Below, one piece after another: positions 48,079 to 57,609 of a stretch of DNA of 64,000 bases. The position numbers were made by a program, and so were the translations under genes. The DNA comes from an uncultured virus (IMG/VR IMGVR_UViG_3300043473_000054) (taxonomy: Duplodnaviria > Heunggongvirae > Uroviricota > Caudoviricetes): the IMG/VR virus record IMGVR_UViG_3300043473_000054, one strand, 5' to 3'. Below the pieces are notes generated by a model. It did not search any database. It was not told where the DNA came from and saw only the letters and a list, made by a program, of their open reading frames with translations. How positions within the stretch are numbered: position 1 is the first letter of the stretch; each line of letters starts with the position of its first letter.

Positions 48079-48148
48079 CCGGCGTTTGTAGCAAGCACTG
48101 CCGCCAGCCTCAACTACCCCTTCCCGACATTCCACGAAAGGCACTTCG

Positions 48149-50065
48149 ATGGCCCTGACTGACCCGCGGAGCGTCATTCGCGAGATACTCTCGCGCCGTC
48201 CTGACTTGCACGCGGCATTTGCCCCGCAATTGAGTGCTGCTGGCATACAGGTCGCAGGCCCGAAGTTTTCCGGGGAAACCCGACGCAGACTGGATGCTGC
48301 AAACAATCCATTTTCCCCCACGATCGCCGGCATGCCTCCAACGCCGCCGCCGACTGGCTTTCCGGCCGCTCCGCCGGGATTAGGCGGACTTACGGCCGCC
48401 GATCGCGCAATCCCGTTTGGAGGAACGGGCGGCGATCCAAACAGCCTCACCGCAATGGCCAATCGAGGCGACCCAAGCCAGGCTCCCGACTTTCGCTCAC
48501 GGCTCACTGACGCCCGCATGCTGCAGGGCTCGGCCAGGGTGCCGCCGGGATCGGGGCTAGTCGCCGCCGGCACCAACCCGACTGCCCAGGTGCAGGGGCA
48601 ATTGCCTGCCAATTTTATGAACCCTGGCAATATCCCGCGCACACGTCCACCGCAGGAATTGTCCGCACTAGGCCCGCCTTCGCCGCTCACTGGGTCCGTT
48701 CCTCCATCACCTCTAGCCGGGGTTGGCCCGTCTGCACCGATCATCGGGAGAGAAGCTCCGCCCGGCCTCAACGGTCCTCTCTCGCCGCTGGCGTCTCGCT
48801 TTGGCGACCAGTCGCAGCTTCCTGGCGGCGCGTTCAGCGGCAGCCTCCCAAGGCCGCCACAGGCCCGCCCGTTCGAGAGCATGATCGCGGGGCGTCCCAT
48901 GCCGCCCGGCGGCCCCGGAAGCCTTCCAGCGGCTCCCCTGCTTGCGGGAAAGCCATTCCCCAGCGCGCCCGGCATGTCGTCGAGGTTCGGCGATCAGTCG
49001 CAGCTCGCCAGCGGCGCGTTCACTGGTGGCCCTCCGCCCCCAATGGCTGGCGGGCCGACGCCACCCACTCCGCAGCAACTGGAGGCGGCTCGCGATCAGG
49101 TGCGGCAGATGGCGTCCTTGCCACAGGTCGCGCCGCCAAAGTCGCTTCAGCCGATCGAGACGACACCCACCTCGACAATGCCCAATCCGCTGCAGAGGGC
49201 ACCGCTCAACCTCGCGGCGGGAGTGGGAGCGACCGCACAGCCGCTCGGCTCGACGAACCTGCCCTTCGCGGGCATTCCTCCAACGCCCGCCTCCGTTGCC
49301 CAGCGCACGGCAGATGTGCTTGGGCCTCTGCCGCCGGGCGCAGGCACTGGGACTCCTGTCCGGTCTGCTCAAGCGCCGCTCATTAGCAGCGTGCCTCCGG
49401 CGGCTGGGACGGTCCCTCCTGTGGGGACGGTCACCAGCCAACCGCTTCCTCCGCCCGGGGCAATTTCCTCCATACCGCCGGCAAACATACAGTCCGGCAA
49501 TCTCAATGATGTGCTGGCGCTCTCCGGCACAGCTCCGCCTCCCGCCATGGTAGGGCAGCAGGCCGGCCAGCGGACGGCAGGAGCGCCGCGCGGCAAGGGC
49601 GCTCGTCAGGCAACTGTAGCTGCGCCGCCCGTTGTTCCTGCGCAAGAGCAGCAAAAGCCGTTCTGGAATGCCCCGAACATCGCCACGGCGGTAGGCGCAG
49701 GCGCAGGTCTGCTTGCAGGCGGCGGTATAGGCGGAGCGGCTGCCGGTGCGGGAGGCGGACGGGTCATAGGAAAGATCGTACAAGCCATACGCAATCGCGG
49801 CCAGAACGTCGATGCGCAGGGCAATATTATCGACAAGGCCGGCAATATCATCGGGCACGTCTCCGACATGCTGGGCAAGGCGGGGAGCAGCATGGGCGGT
49901 ATCTTCGGTGGTGGCGGCAGCAGCCTAAGTGGCGGCGGTGGCATGGGCGGCTGGGGCGGTCCCGGAGGCTGGGGCGGCGGCAGCAGCTACACGGGCGGCG
50001 GATACGGCGGCAATGCCGGCGGGAACATAAATCAGGGCGTGGGCCAGCGGTTCGGCCAGCGCTGA
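48149..50065 (+). CDS. Pro/Gly-rich low-complexity protein
   Basis: Homolog of 5861..7672. Confidence 0.65.
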   Translation: MALTDPRSVIREILSRRPDLHAAFAPQLSAAGIQVAGPKFSGETRRRLDAANNPFSPTIAGMPPTPPPTGFPAAPPGLGGLTAADRAIPFGGTGGDPNSLTAMANRGDPSQAPDFRSRLTDARMLQGSARVPPGSGLVAAGTNPTAQVQGQLPANFMNPGNIPRTRPPQELSALGPPSPLTGSVPPSPLAGVGPSAPIIGREAPPGLNGPLSPLASRFGDQSQLPGGAFSGSLPRPPQARPFESMIAGRPMPPGGPGSLPAAPLLAGKPFPSAPGMSSRFGDQSQLASGAFTGGPPPPMAGGPTPPTPQQLEAARDQVRQMASLPQVAPPKSLQPIETTPTSTMPNPLQRAPLNLAAGVGATAQPLGSTNLPFAGIPPTPASVAQRTADVLGPLPPGAGTGTPVRSAQAPLISSVPPAAGTVPPVGTVTSQPLPPPGAISSIPPANIQSGNLNDVLALSGTAPPPAMVGQQAGQRTAGAPRGKGARQATVAAPPVVPAQEQQKPFWNAPNIATAVGAGAGLLAGGGIGGAAAGAGGGRVIGKIVQAIRNRGQNVDAQGNIIDKAGNIIGHVSDMLGKAGSSMGGIFGGGGSSLSGGGGMGGWGGPGGWGGGSSYTGGGYGGNAGGNINQGVGQRFGQR

Positions 50066-50116
50066 CGACTAGCCGCCTCTCTTCTCACAATTCACGTCTG
50101 AAAAAGGAGCAACGCC

Positions 50117-53100
50117 TTGGCTGGTGTTCGCGACTATTCGTCTACTGCGGCCTCGAATTTGAGCGTCGGCGGGATCTCGATAGCGGAAGGAATGGCAAGG
50201 TCCAGCGTGAACAACGCTATTCGCGCAACTCTCGCCGATACTGCTAATCTACTGCTCGACCAGGGCGGCTCGGCAACGACCACAGGCAGCGGCAACGCAT
50301 TTCTGCTGTCGCTTCCCACCGCGCCTACGGCTCTTGCCGATAATCTCGCATTCGTCTGCAAGCTGCACCATGCCGTCACCGGCGCAGCGACCCTCAATAT
50401 CAACGGACTGGGCGTAAAATCCTGGAAGAAGATCGTCAACGGCATCCTGACCGAACTCACTGGCGGCGATGCGCCAACCGGACACCGCGCAAGCTGCATC
50501 TATTCCTCGTCCGACAACGCCGTGCTGATGCTCAATGCCGGTGGCGCCGGCAATGTGCTTTTCGTGGATGATATCGACGATGCGCGGGCGCTGTCGGATC
50601 TGCAGGTTGGCGCCACGATTTACGTCGGAGACGACCAGTTCGTCGTCGTGGACGACGCCACGCTCGGCGCGGACGGCGGGACCGTCTTCATCCCGAACAG
50701 CGAACTCAGCACGCTGCAGCAGACGGCAATCCCCACGACCGAGTTCATCGGCAGCGACAGTCAGACGCACGAGTACTTCCTCGGCCATGCCGGCATCGAC
50801 TTCGAGAGCGTCGAGGTGGTGCTGTCGGACAGCGGCGAGACAATCAACATTTGGGACATGCACGGGCATGTCATGCTGCCGCAGCACGCAGATCGTCCGT
50901 CGCAGTGGCCGCTGATCAATACCGCAACGGGGATGTATCGCGATCCCTACTCCACCTATTCCTCCCGGACACCCGTCAATCACCCGCCAGTGCGTACTGG
51001 CGGCATCCTGGTGCGCTACAAGTATGCCCTGAGCGGCCTGCGCCTGAAGCGCATTACCGGGCCGGTCTTCAATCTTCGCTGGTGGCCGGTCGTGGCGGTG
51101 GAGGACGAGGCGCCCGGCGTGCAGACCGACAACAGCGGCAAGATCTGCTGGGCAGCCAATGCCGCCGCACTGGCAAAGGCGGAAGCCGTCTACATCGACA
51201 GCATGTATTATTACAGCCGCTGCGTCGAATGGCCGGAGGGGGTGGAATTACGCGGCAAGGGTCCGGGTCTTTCCGGCTTCCGTGTCATGGACAACGCCGC
51301 ATGGAAGGAACTACTGCTTTCCACCTCGTCGGAAGCTCCAGGCCCGACCAAGGAATACCATTTCCCGATGGACATGCCGGCCACCCGCCGCTGGTCATAC
51401 GACAGTCTCTACTATTCCAACGCCTGCGCTTTTTACCCGGCGAACAGGGCGACGCGCATTCGCATCAGCGGCATCGAGTTCGACGGCAATGTCGCCGGAA
51501 ACATGCGCATGTTCACGCAGAAGGGCGCGGAATACGCCTACGGCTACGCGCAGCCATCTATCTATTTCTTCAATACGCAGTCCTACAGCGGCTTTGCATT
51601 CAGTGACGGTGGAGGGCGGGTAATTCCAGAAGGACAGGTTGCCGAACTGCACAACGTCAAGATCCACGGCTACGCCAGTCATCTGCTGCTCGGCAATCAG
51701 CACACGACTTTCATCGGGACCGGCGTGCTGGAGCTCGGCGACACACTCTGCGGGCATTGGACTTACCTGGCGGATGGCGTCTACGAGACCATCCGCTGTT
51801 TTGGCTATTGCTCCAACGACGGGCTGCGGCATCGAAAACTGATAGCCAAGTCGGTCGAGATGGTTCTGGCTCCCATGCCGGACGTGATGTTCAATCTCGT
51901 TCCGTATCCCAACTCCGTCGGCACGCTCGTCGCGGATGTCTACAAAGCTACGAACATGTATCTCGTGACGATGTCGGAGTATGTGTCGCAATACCAGAGC
52001 GCCACTCTCGGGTTTCCTTATCCGATACTTTCGAAGTTTCGCATTGTCATCGACCACTTCTTTCTCGACGCGACTGGCCTGGACACCTTCCCTGCCGGGA
52101 CGACATATGAGGCGGCCACCCCGTTCGCGCTGAGCGGCGACAACATCCACATCAAGTCCGGGAAAATACGTTTTGGCTCGCTCACGCAGACGACCAGCGT
52201 TGTCCTGAGCACTTCCGTAAACAATGTCGGCGGGCTGGCCCCAATCCGCAATGCGATCTTTGAAAACCTGCACGTCGAATATGGCTCACGCAAGGGCGTC
52301 TCGCTTTATTCAAACAACGTGATTGATGGCGGCTGGACGGAGACGCAATTCCGCAACATCACATTCGAGCCGCGGGCGGCAACCCACCTTCCGGGTGACG
52401 CTACTCCGAGCGGCATAAACGTCCTGCTCGGGGCGTGGCGGTTCCGCGAGTTGGTTAGTTCCTCCTATTCCGAGGGGCGGGACTACGAGTTCAGCGGCGT
52501 TGCAGCCGATGCGACGCTGAACGGCAAATATATCGACATCACGCCACCTGATGCGGGTGCCCCGACCTACCGGCTGTGGTTCAACTACAATGCGGCCGGG
52601 TCGGCGCCGGCAGCGGGTGGGACAACGCTGATCCAGGTGCCGGTCGCCGCGGCAGGCGTGACCACGGCGCGGCTGGCGTATGCCTTCTCCCTGGCTGTCG
52701 ACGGAACCGTCGCATCGCCTGGCGTTGCAGCGCCATACCTGACTGCGGCGACCTACGGGACCAAGTCGGTGGTCGGCTCCTGGTCGCAATATCACCACGA
52801 GACGAATAGCCTGGTGACGACCGACGTGACGCATGCGGCCGGCGTGGCGACCGCACTGCGGTCTTTTCGGCGCAATTACGAGCCGTCCGTCATCAGCTTC
52901 GAGCGGTTCAAGGCAAATGATCCGAGTTATCTCTGGCTCCTGAACCTGAATGAGGTCGGCACAAACCGGGACATCTATTTCACTTTCAAGGACTGCGTGT
53001 TCGGGGCTTATTTCGCGAGCCTGATCCTCATCAACGGCGGGGGTAATTTCAATGCTGCCGGCAGTAGCGCCTCGGACCTGATCAAGGACAAGGTGCATTG

Positions 53101-53647
53101 GAGCTTTGAGAATTGCGTTTTTGATCTGCGTGACGGCACGACCTGGCAGATCCTCGACCTGTTCCTCTACGCCGGCAGGTTCCGCAATTGCCGTGTGCGG
53201 ACGCCGGCAGTCGGAACGACCCTCACACAGAATGCCGGCCTGACGACGCTCGGCACCGGCTACGAGGCGCTGTTTAGTGAGGACAGCGGCGTCTACACGG
53301 TGACACCGGGTGCCGATGCGAGCAGTACGACAACCTGGATAGACATCCAAACCAAGCTGTTCTGGATGGCCAAGCCGGGGAATGTCCGTGTGTATCCTGC
53401 CGACGCAGCGACGGCAGCGGTATGGAATACCAACATTCCATACGTGGAGTGGCGGAGGAGCCCCCGTCCCGTCAATCCGATCTCTGTTGCATCCATCACA
53501 CTCGGCGACGATGAATATTATCAGGGCTCGGCAACACCATCAGCCATCAACGAGGATCGTCGTGCGCCCGTGCTGCGGCTGAACTTTGCTTCGGCACTCG
53601 CGGCATCGCCGCTGAAGATCGGCTGGGCAGCATCGGTGTCGCCATGA
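50117..53647 (+). CDS. Tail fibre/tailspike receptor-binding protein
   Basis: Diverged full-length homolog of 8167..11748. Confidence 0.75.
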   Translation: MAGVRDYSSTAASNLSVGGISIAEGMARSSVNNAIRATLADTANLLLDQGGSATTTGSGNAFLLSLPTAPTALADNLAFVCKLHHAVTGAATLNINGLGVKSWKKIVNGILTELTGGDAPTGHRASCIYSSSDNAVLMLNAGGAGNVLFVDDIDDARALSDLQVGATIYVGDDQFVVVDDATLGADGGTVFIPNSELSTLQQTAIPTTEFIGSDSQTHEYFLGHAGIDFESVEVVLSDSGETINIWDMHGHVMLPQHADRPSQWPLINTATGMYRDPYSTYSSRTPVNHPPVRTGGILVRYKYALSGLRLKRITGPVFNLRWWPVVAVEDEAPGVQTDNSGKICWAANAAALAKAEAVYIDSMYYYSRCVEWPEGVELRGKGPGLSGFRVMDNAAWKELLLSTSSEAPGPTKEYHFPMDMPATRRWSYDSLYYSNACAFYPANRATRIRISGIEFDGNVAGNMRMFTQKGAEYAYGYAQPSIYFFNTQSYSGFAFSDGGGRVIPEGQVAELHNVKIHGYASHLLLGNQHTTFIGTGVLELGDTLCGHWTYLADGVYETIRCFGYCSNDGLRHRKLIAKSVEMVLAPMPDVMFNLVPYPNSVGTLVADVYKATNMYLVTMSEYVSQYQSATLGFPYPILSKFRIVIDHFFLDATGLDTFPAGTTYEAATPFALSGDNIHIKSGKIRFGSLTQTTSVVLSTSVNNVGGLAPIRNAIFENLHVEYGSRKGVSLYSNNVIDGGWTETQFRNITFEPRAATHLPGDATPSGINVLLGAWRFRELVSSSYSEGRDYEFSGVAADATLNGKYIDITPPDAGAPTYRLWFNYNAAGSAPAAGGTTLIQVPVAAAGVTTARLAYAFSLAVDGTVASPGVAAPYLTAATYGTKSVVGSWSQYHHETNSLVTTDVTHAAGVATALRSFRRNYEPSVISFERFKANDPSYLWLLNLNEVGTNRDIYFTFKDCVFGAYFASLILINGGGNFNAAGSSASDLIKDKVHWSFENCVFDLRDGTTWQILDLFLYAGRFRNCRVRTPAVGTTLTQNAGLTTLGTGYEALFSEDSGVYTVTPGADASSTTTWIDIQTKLFWMAKPGNVRVYPADAATAAVWNTNIPYVEWRRSPRPVNPISVASITLGDDEYYQGSATPSAINEDRRAPVLRLNFASALAASPLKIGWAASVSP

Positions 53648-53931
53648 GCATCCGTACCCGCTTCCATCCCAGCGATGACGGGAAGACGTTCACGATCCAG
53701 CGGCACGACCCGGACGTGTCACCCACGCTGGAGTGGAACAAGAAGCTGCAGAACGAGCCGCAGAAAAGCGAGAGTTTTCACCACATTGCCAGCGTCCCGC
53801 CGATCGTCATCGAGCAATGGCTGATCGAGAGCGGCCTTTCATATGGATCGCGGGAGTTCACGGCATTCATGAAGCGGAAATTGCGCTCTCGCGATTGGCT
53901 TTTCCTGCGCACTACGGACAAGAGGTTTTGA
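53644..53931 (+). CDS. Conserved small phage protein
   Basis: Homolog of 11745..12041. Confidence 0.8.
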   Translation: MSIRTRFHPSDDGKTFTIQRHDPDVSPTLEWNKKLQNEPQKSESFHHIASVPPIVIEQWLIESGLSYGSREFTAFMKRKLRSRDWLFLRTTDKRF

Positions 53932-53932
53932 G

Positions 53933-54541
53933 ATGGCGCTCAACAACCTTGCCGGCCTTCGCGCGGCTGCACTGGCGTGGATCGAACGGACTGGCGACCC
54001 GGCCGCCGAGACCATCGTCGATGACTGCGTGACGCTGTGCGAAAGCCGCATCAACAAGACACCGGATTTCCGCATATCGCACATGGAGACAAGCGCAACG
54101 ATAGTCCTTGAGGACGGCTCGGCCTATCTCCCCGGCGACTTCCTGGCGATGAAGCGGGTCGTGGCTGCCACCAGCACTCCTTACGTGCTGGACTATGCCG
54201 AGCCCGGCACTTATGGCCCTACCGCCTCTGCCCCGTTGGAGGGGCAGTTTTACACTATCGTCGGGCTGAAAATACGGGCGAGGACGAGTTCCACCCTCAC
54301 CATCCTCTATTATGCCAGGGTGCCGGCGCTTACCGGGACAGACAATACCAATTGGCTGCTGTCAAAAGCCCCGGACATCTACCTCTACGGCACCATCATG
54401 GAGATGCTGAACGCGCTGGAGGGCGAGGGTGTGGAGAAATACGCCGGGCTGTTCAGCGGGGCGCTGGAGAGTTTGATCCAGTCTGAGACATACTCGCGTG
54501 GCGGCGTGCTGACGCAGCGCGCCAGTATGCCGGCGCCGTGA
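53933..54541 (+). CDS. Head-tail adaptor protein
   Basis: Homolog of 12408..13016. Confidence 0.75.
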   Translation: MALNNLAGLRAAALAWIERTGDPAAETIVDDCVTLCESRINKTPDFRISHMETSATIVLEDGSAYLPGDFLAMKRVVAATSTPYVLDYAEPGTYGPTASAPLEGQFYTIVGLKIRARTSSTLTILYYARVPALTGTDNTNWLLSKAPDIYLYGTIMEMLNALEGEGVEKYAGLFSGALESLIQSETYSRGGVLTQRASMPAP

Positions 54542-54545
54542 CCCG

Positions 54546-56081
54546 ATGGCGGGCATTTTCGGCGACGGCCAGCGCGGCGGGATATTCGGCGCGAAGGTAG
54601 ATCCGCGCCTGCTGCAGATGGCGCTGGAGCAGCGTGCGGAAGCCGAGCGGCAGCGGCAGGGGCAGGCGCGCATTGCCGGGGCGTTCGATGCCTCGCAAGG
54701 CATGCAGGAGCCTTCCAGAGCCCTTTACGAGGCCAAGCATCAGCGGGCGATGGATGTCCTGGGCAATCGTCCGCCGGAGGGGCCGGGCTTCCGAGATGCC
54801 ATAGCATCACTCGCCTCGCTAGGCCCGCGCGCATGGGGCGGGGCGCAGAAGATGTGGCAAGCAGCGCCTATGGCTGCAGAGGCGCTCTACAACGATCCGC
54901 TGGGTTCGATAAACAGCGTCGGGCTGGCGGGGCAGGCTGCAACGGATGCCATTGTCCAGGGGATGGTCAGGCCATTTACGCAGTTCGGCGATCCGAACGT
55001 CGATCCGGTCGAGAATGCAGCCGATCTGGCCATGACGGTAATGGGTGGGTCGAGCGTGGTGCCGGCAGAAGCAAACTCGCTGCGGATGGGCATCAAAGCC
55101 TACCACGGCTCGCCGCACGACTTCGAGCGGTTTGACGCCTCGAAGATCGGCACGGGCGAGGGCGCGCAGGCTTACGGGCATGGGCTGTATCTGGCCGAGA
55201 ATGAGGGGGTGGCAAGGAGTTACAAGCCTGGAGCGAATGCAACGTATAGAGCCAACGACGTTGTGAAGGGACACGTCGCGAGCGCTTTGAAGTCTGCGTA
55301 TAAAGCAGGTCTTTCTGGGCAGGCGGCGAAGAAGGAAGCTCTGCGGTATCTTCAGGAATATGCCGATAACGCGGGCCAGAGTGCGCGGAGGCAAGAGTTT
55401 CACGACGCTATCAACAACTTCGACGCTCTCTCCGATCTCGGCCACATGTATGAAGTGGACATCGCCGCCGATCCCGAGCACTTCCTCGACTGGGACAAGC
55501 CGCTGAGCGAGCAGCCAGAAGCGGTGCGCAAGGCTTTTGATGAGTATGGCGCGGGCGAGAACGTATTCCCTTACGAGGACAAGTGGATCGTCAAAGACCC
55601 GACGCACGGATGGTCGTTTCACAATACGCAGGAAGAAGCGATTGCTGCTTCACATGGCAGACTGACAGGGCAGGACTTTCACAGGGCGCTTTCACAGCTT
55701 GGCGGTGATGCATCAACCTCGGAGCTATTGAAGAGCAAGGGAGTTCCCGGCATCCGCTACCTCGACCAGGGCTCGCGCGTCCCGAACAACAACTTCACTC
55801 TCATTTCCCCGAAACAGGGGCAGATAGACGAGTGGACGGTCATCAACCGGCAGACAGGGAAGCACGAACTCTTCAACGACGAGGCTGCTGCCCGCGATTA
55901 TTATGACAAGCAGACCAGCCCGACCCGCAATTACGTCATCTTTCCCGGCAACGAGCACCTCATTTCCATCCTGAAGAAATACGGCCTGCCCATCTCCGCC
56001 GCTGGACTGGCCGCGCTCTCGCAGCTTCACCCGCAAGAGGCGCAGGCTGCGCAGCGCAAGCCGCCAGCAGCGCGGAAATAA
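54546..56081 (+). CDS. Polymorphic late protein, allele Y, with ADP-ribosyltransferase-like (polyvalent-protein type) domain
   Basis: AYHGSPHDFERFD..IGTGEGAQAYG.GLY.AE, MYEVDI, GIRY..NYVIF. Confidence 0.75.
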   Translation: MAGIFGDGQRGGIFGAKVDPRLLQMALEQRAEAERQRQGQARIAGAFDASQGMQEPSRALYEAKHQRAMDVLGNRPPEGPGFRDAIASLASLGPRAWGGAQKMWQAAPMAAEALYNDPLGSINSVGLAGQAATDAIVQGMVRPFTQFGDPNVDPVENAADLAMTVMGGSSVVPAEANSLRMGIKAYHGSPHDFERFDASKIGTGEGAQAYGHGLYLAENEGVARSYKPGANATYRANDVVKGHVASALKSAYKAGLSGQAAKKEALRYLQEYADNAGQSARRQEFHDAINNFDALSDLGHMYEVDIAADPEHFLDWDKPLSEQPEAVRKAFDEYGAGENVFPYEDKWIVKDPTHGWSFHNTQEEAIAASHGRLTGQDFHRALSQLGGDASTSELLKSKGVPGIRYLDQGSRVPNNNFTLISPKQGQIDEWTVINRQTGKHELFNDEAAARDYYDKQTSPTRNYVIFPGNEHLISILKKYGLPISAAGLAALSQLHPQEAQAAQRKPPAARK

Positions 56082-56088
56082 CAATGCG

Positions 56089-56262
56089 ATGGGCGGGCTC
56101 ATTGCGCTGGCCATGATGCTCTATCTTGAGAAGCATTACCCGCCAGCCGTCCACCATCCGCAGGAGCAAGTCATCCCTTGCTGCCTCTCGCGCGGCTGCG
56201 CCCGCCACCACCAGCTTTCCGGCAATCCCTGTGGCCAGTCGTGGGATTGGGAAGTCAAATAG
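56089..56262 (+). CDS. 57-aa Cys/His-rich protein
   Basis: Homolog of 14673..14846. Confidence 0.75.
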   Translation: MGGLIALAMMLYLEKHYPPAVHHPQEQVIPCCLSRGCARHHQLSGNPCGQSWDWEVK

Positions 56263-56277
56263 GCAATAGTCCGGTTT

Positions 56278-56648
56278 CCGCCTTCCTCCCCTCCCACGAA
56301 TTGTGGTAAGGCGGCGGTGCCGAGGGACTAGTCTCTGCACGGTATAGCCTGGGTGTCCGATATCGGGGACCAACCGTCTCCCCTCCTCCCTGCGAGTTGG
56401 GGTTCTGATGCCCAGGTTATCCCTCATTCCCTAGTCGGAAATTCGGGCGGTCGGAAACCTCGCCTTAGAGTAAAAGATCCCGCCGTGCTATCCGGGGGAT
56501 AAGGCGGCCCGGCACCGCCGTTGAACCTTCATCGCGACGTATCGGCGGCGGGGCAAGGTCGATGGAAGACCGCGCGCTGGGCTGTTTGAGTGGCAGCATC
56601 AAAAGCCTTACCGCATTCATGCCAAGCCCAGCGGGCCTTCTCAAGGGG
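56278..56648. ncRNA. Candidate structured non-coding RNA
   Basis: Insert without a credible ORF; several 9-14 bp nested helices. Confidence 0.55.
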
Positions 56649-56703
56649 CGGCAAAGTTCCTACTGACAACTACTGACATTTTCCAATCCAAGAGGGGCGC
56701 AGA

Positions 56704-56979
56704 ATGAGCGTAAACCTTAACATTTTTCCGACTGAGGCGCAGGCCGATGTTTTTCTCGCTGACGGTTCGATAGTCCCCATAGCAGCGCAGCAGGAGAGCT
56801 TTATCCAGCTCCCCAGCGGCAGCTTCTGCACCATCGTCAGCACTGCAGGAAACGAAGAGACCAGCGAGCACCCGCCGACCGGCGAGAAATTTGCCGAGGC
56901 AATGGTTTCCTTTTGGCGGTCGATCGTGGACAAGATCCGCGCCGAGGCGGCAGGAGCACCGACTGCCACGCCGACCTAG
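56704..56979 (+). CDS. Hypothetical protein
   Basis: Homolog of 14857..15138. Confidence 0.75.
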   Translation: MSVNLNIFPTEAQADVFLADGSIVPIAAQQESFIQLPSGSFCTIVSTAGNEETSEHPPTGEKFAEAMVSFWRSIVDKIRAEAAGAPTATPT

Positions 56980-57024
56980 GTGCGCCCGGCGCCCCGTAGA
57001 GGGGGGGCGGGTGAGGATAGGGCG

Positions 57025-57303
57025 TCAGGCGCTGTCGGCAGATGGCGACGGGCTGGCGGGCTTCAAGGCGCGAATGTCCTCTGCGATTACATCGGCGACT
57101 TGACTTGTCATTCTGTAGTCCTCAGCCACCTTCGCGGCCTCCTCCAGCGCGGCGGCGCGGATCAGCGGCGTGACGGCGGCGAGAACGGCAATAGCAAGCC
57201 TCTGCGCTTCATCCATTTCGAAGAACATGTATGACTCGTCACGCAGTGCCCGTGCCGCAGCTTCGATGATGGTGTGGTCGCGTATCAGAGCGGGGTCACT
57301 CAT
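57025..57303 (-). CDS. MSDP-family small protein (single copy)
   Basis: Mosaic of the paralogs at 15183-16421. Confidence 0.75.
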   Translation of the reverse strand: MSDPALIRDHTIIEAAARALRDESYMFFEMDEAQRLAIAVLAAVTPLIRAAALEEAAKVAEDYRMTSQVADVIAEDIRALKPASPSPSADSA

Positions 57304-57439
57304 ACGAAAAACCTCTGTTTACGTAGAGCCCTGTGGAGTACCCATTCCACCAACCGTGCCTGAACCGTGAACAAACATCCGAAAACGGCATAATGTGTCC
57401 CGGAGAAAGCCCGCAATTCCGCCTGTTCCAGCTAGCATC

Positions 57440-57456
57440 CTACGTTGACATCGTAG
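57440..57456 (+). other. att core (tRNA-Val anticodon arm only)
   Basis: CTACGTTGACATCGTAG; identity with 16398-16574 stops exactly here. Confidence 0.85.
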
Positions 57457-57535
57457 TGACCGCCTCCTGAAAATACGAGCTAAGTGCCTGTTCTAATTGG
57501 GTCGCCAGAAAATGGCGCTGGAATGAGTACTCCAG

Positions 57536-57609
57536 GGGCCCTTAGCTCAACGGGAGAGCGTCGCCTCGACACGGCGGAGACGTAGGTTCGACCCCTACAG
57601 GGCCCACCA
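57536..57609 (+). tRNA. tRNA-Val(GAC)
   Basis: GGGCCCT/AGGGCCC acceptor stem, GCTC/GAGC D arm, TCGCC-TCGACAC-GGCGG, GTAGG-TTCGACC-CCTAC, ACCA. Confidence 0.92.

Larger units (their letters stand above)
16558..57456. mobile_element. Complete temperate podovirus-like prophage unit Y (~40.9 kb)
   Basis: Bounded by 17-bp direct repeats; int-xis-ERF-cI/cro-primase/helicase-terminase-portal-scaffold-capsid-tail order. Confidence 0.8.

Noticed and set aside
56263..56440. Group I intron or hammerhead ribozyme in the structured insert
   Set aside because: GACTAG/CTAGTC resembles P7 but P, Q and AAGAUA elements and an interrupted gene are missing; CTGATG is not followed by the hammerhead core A
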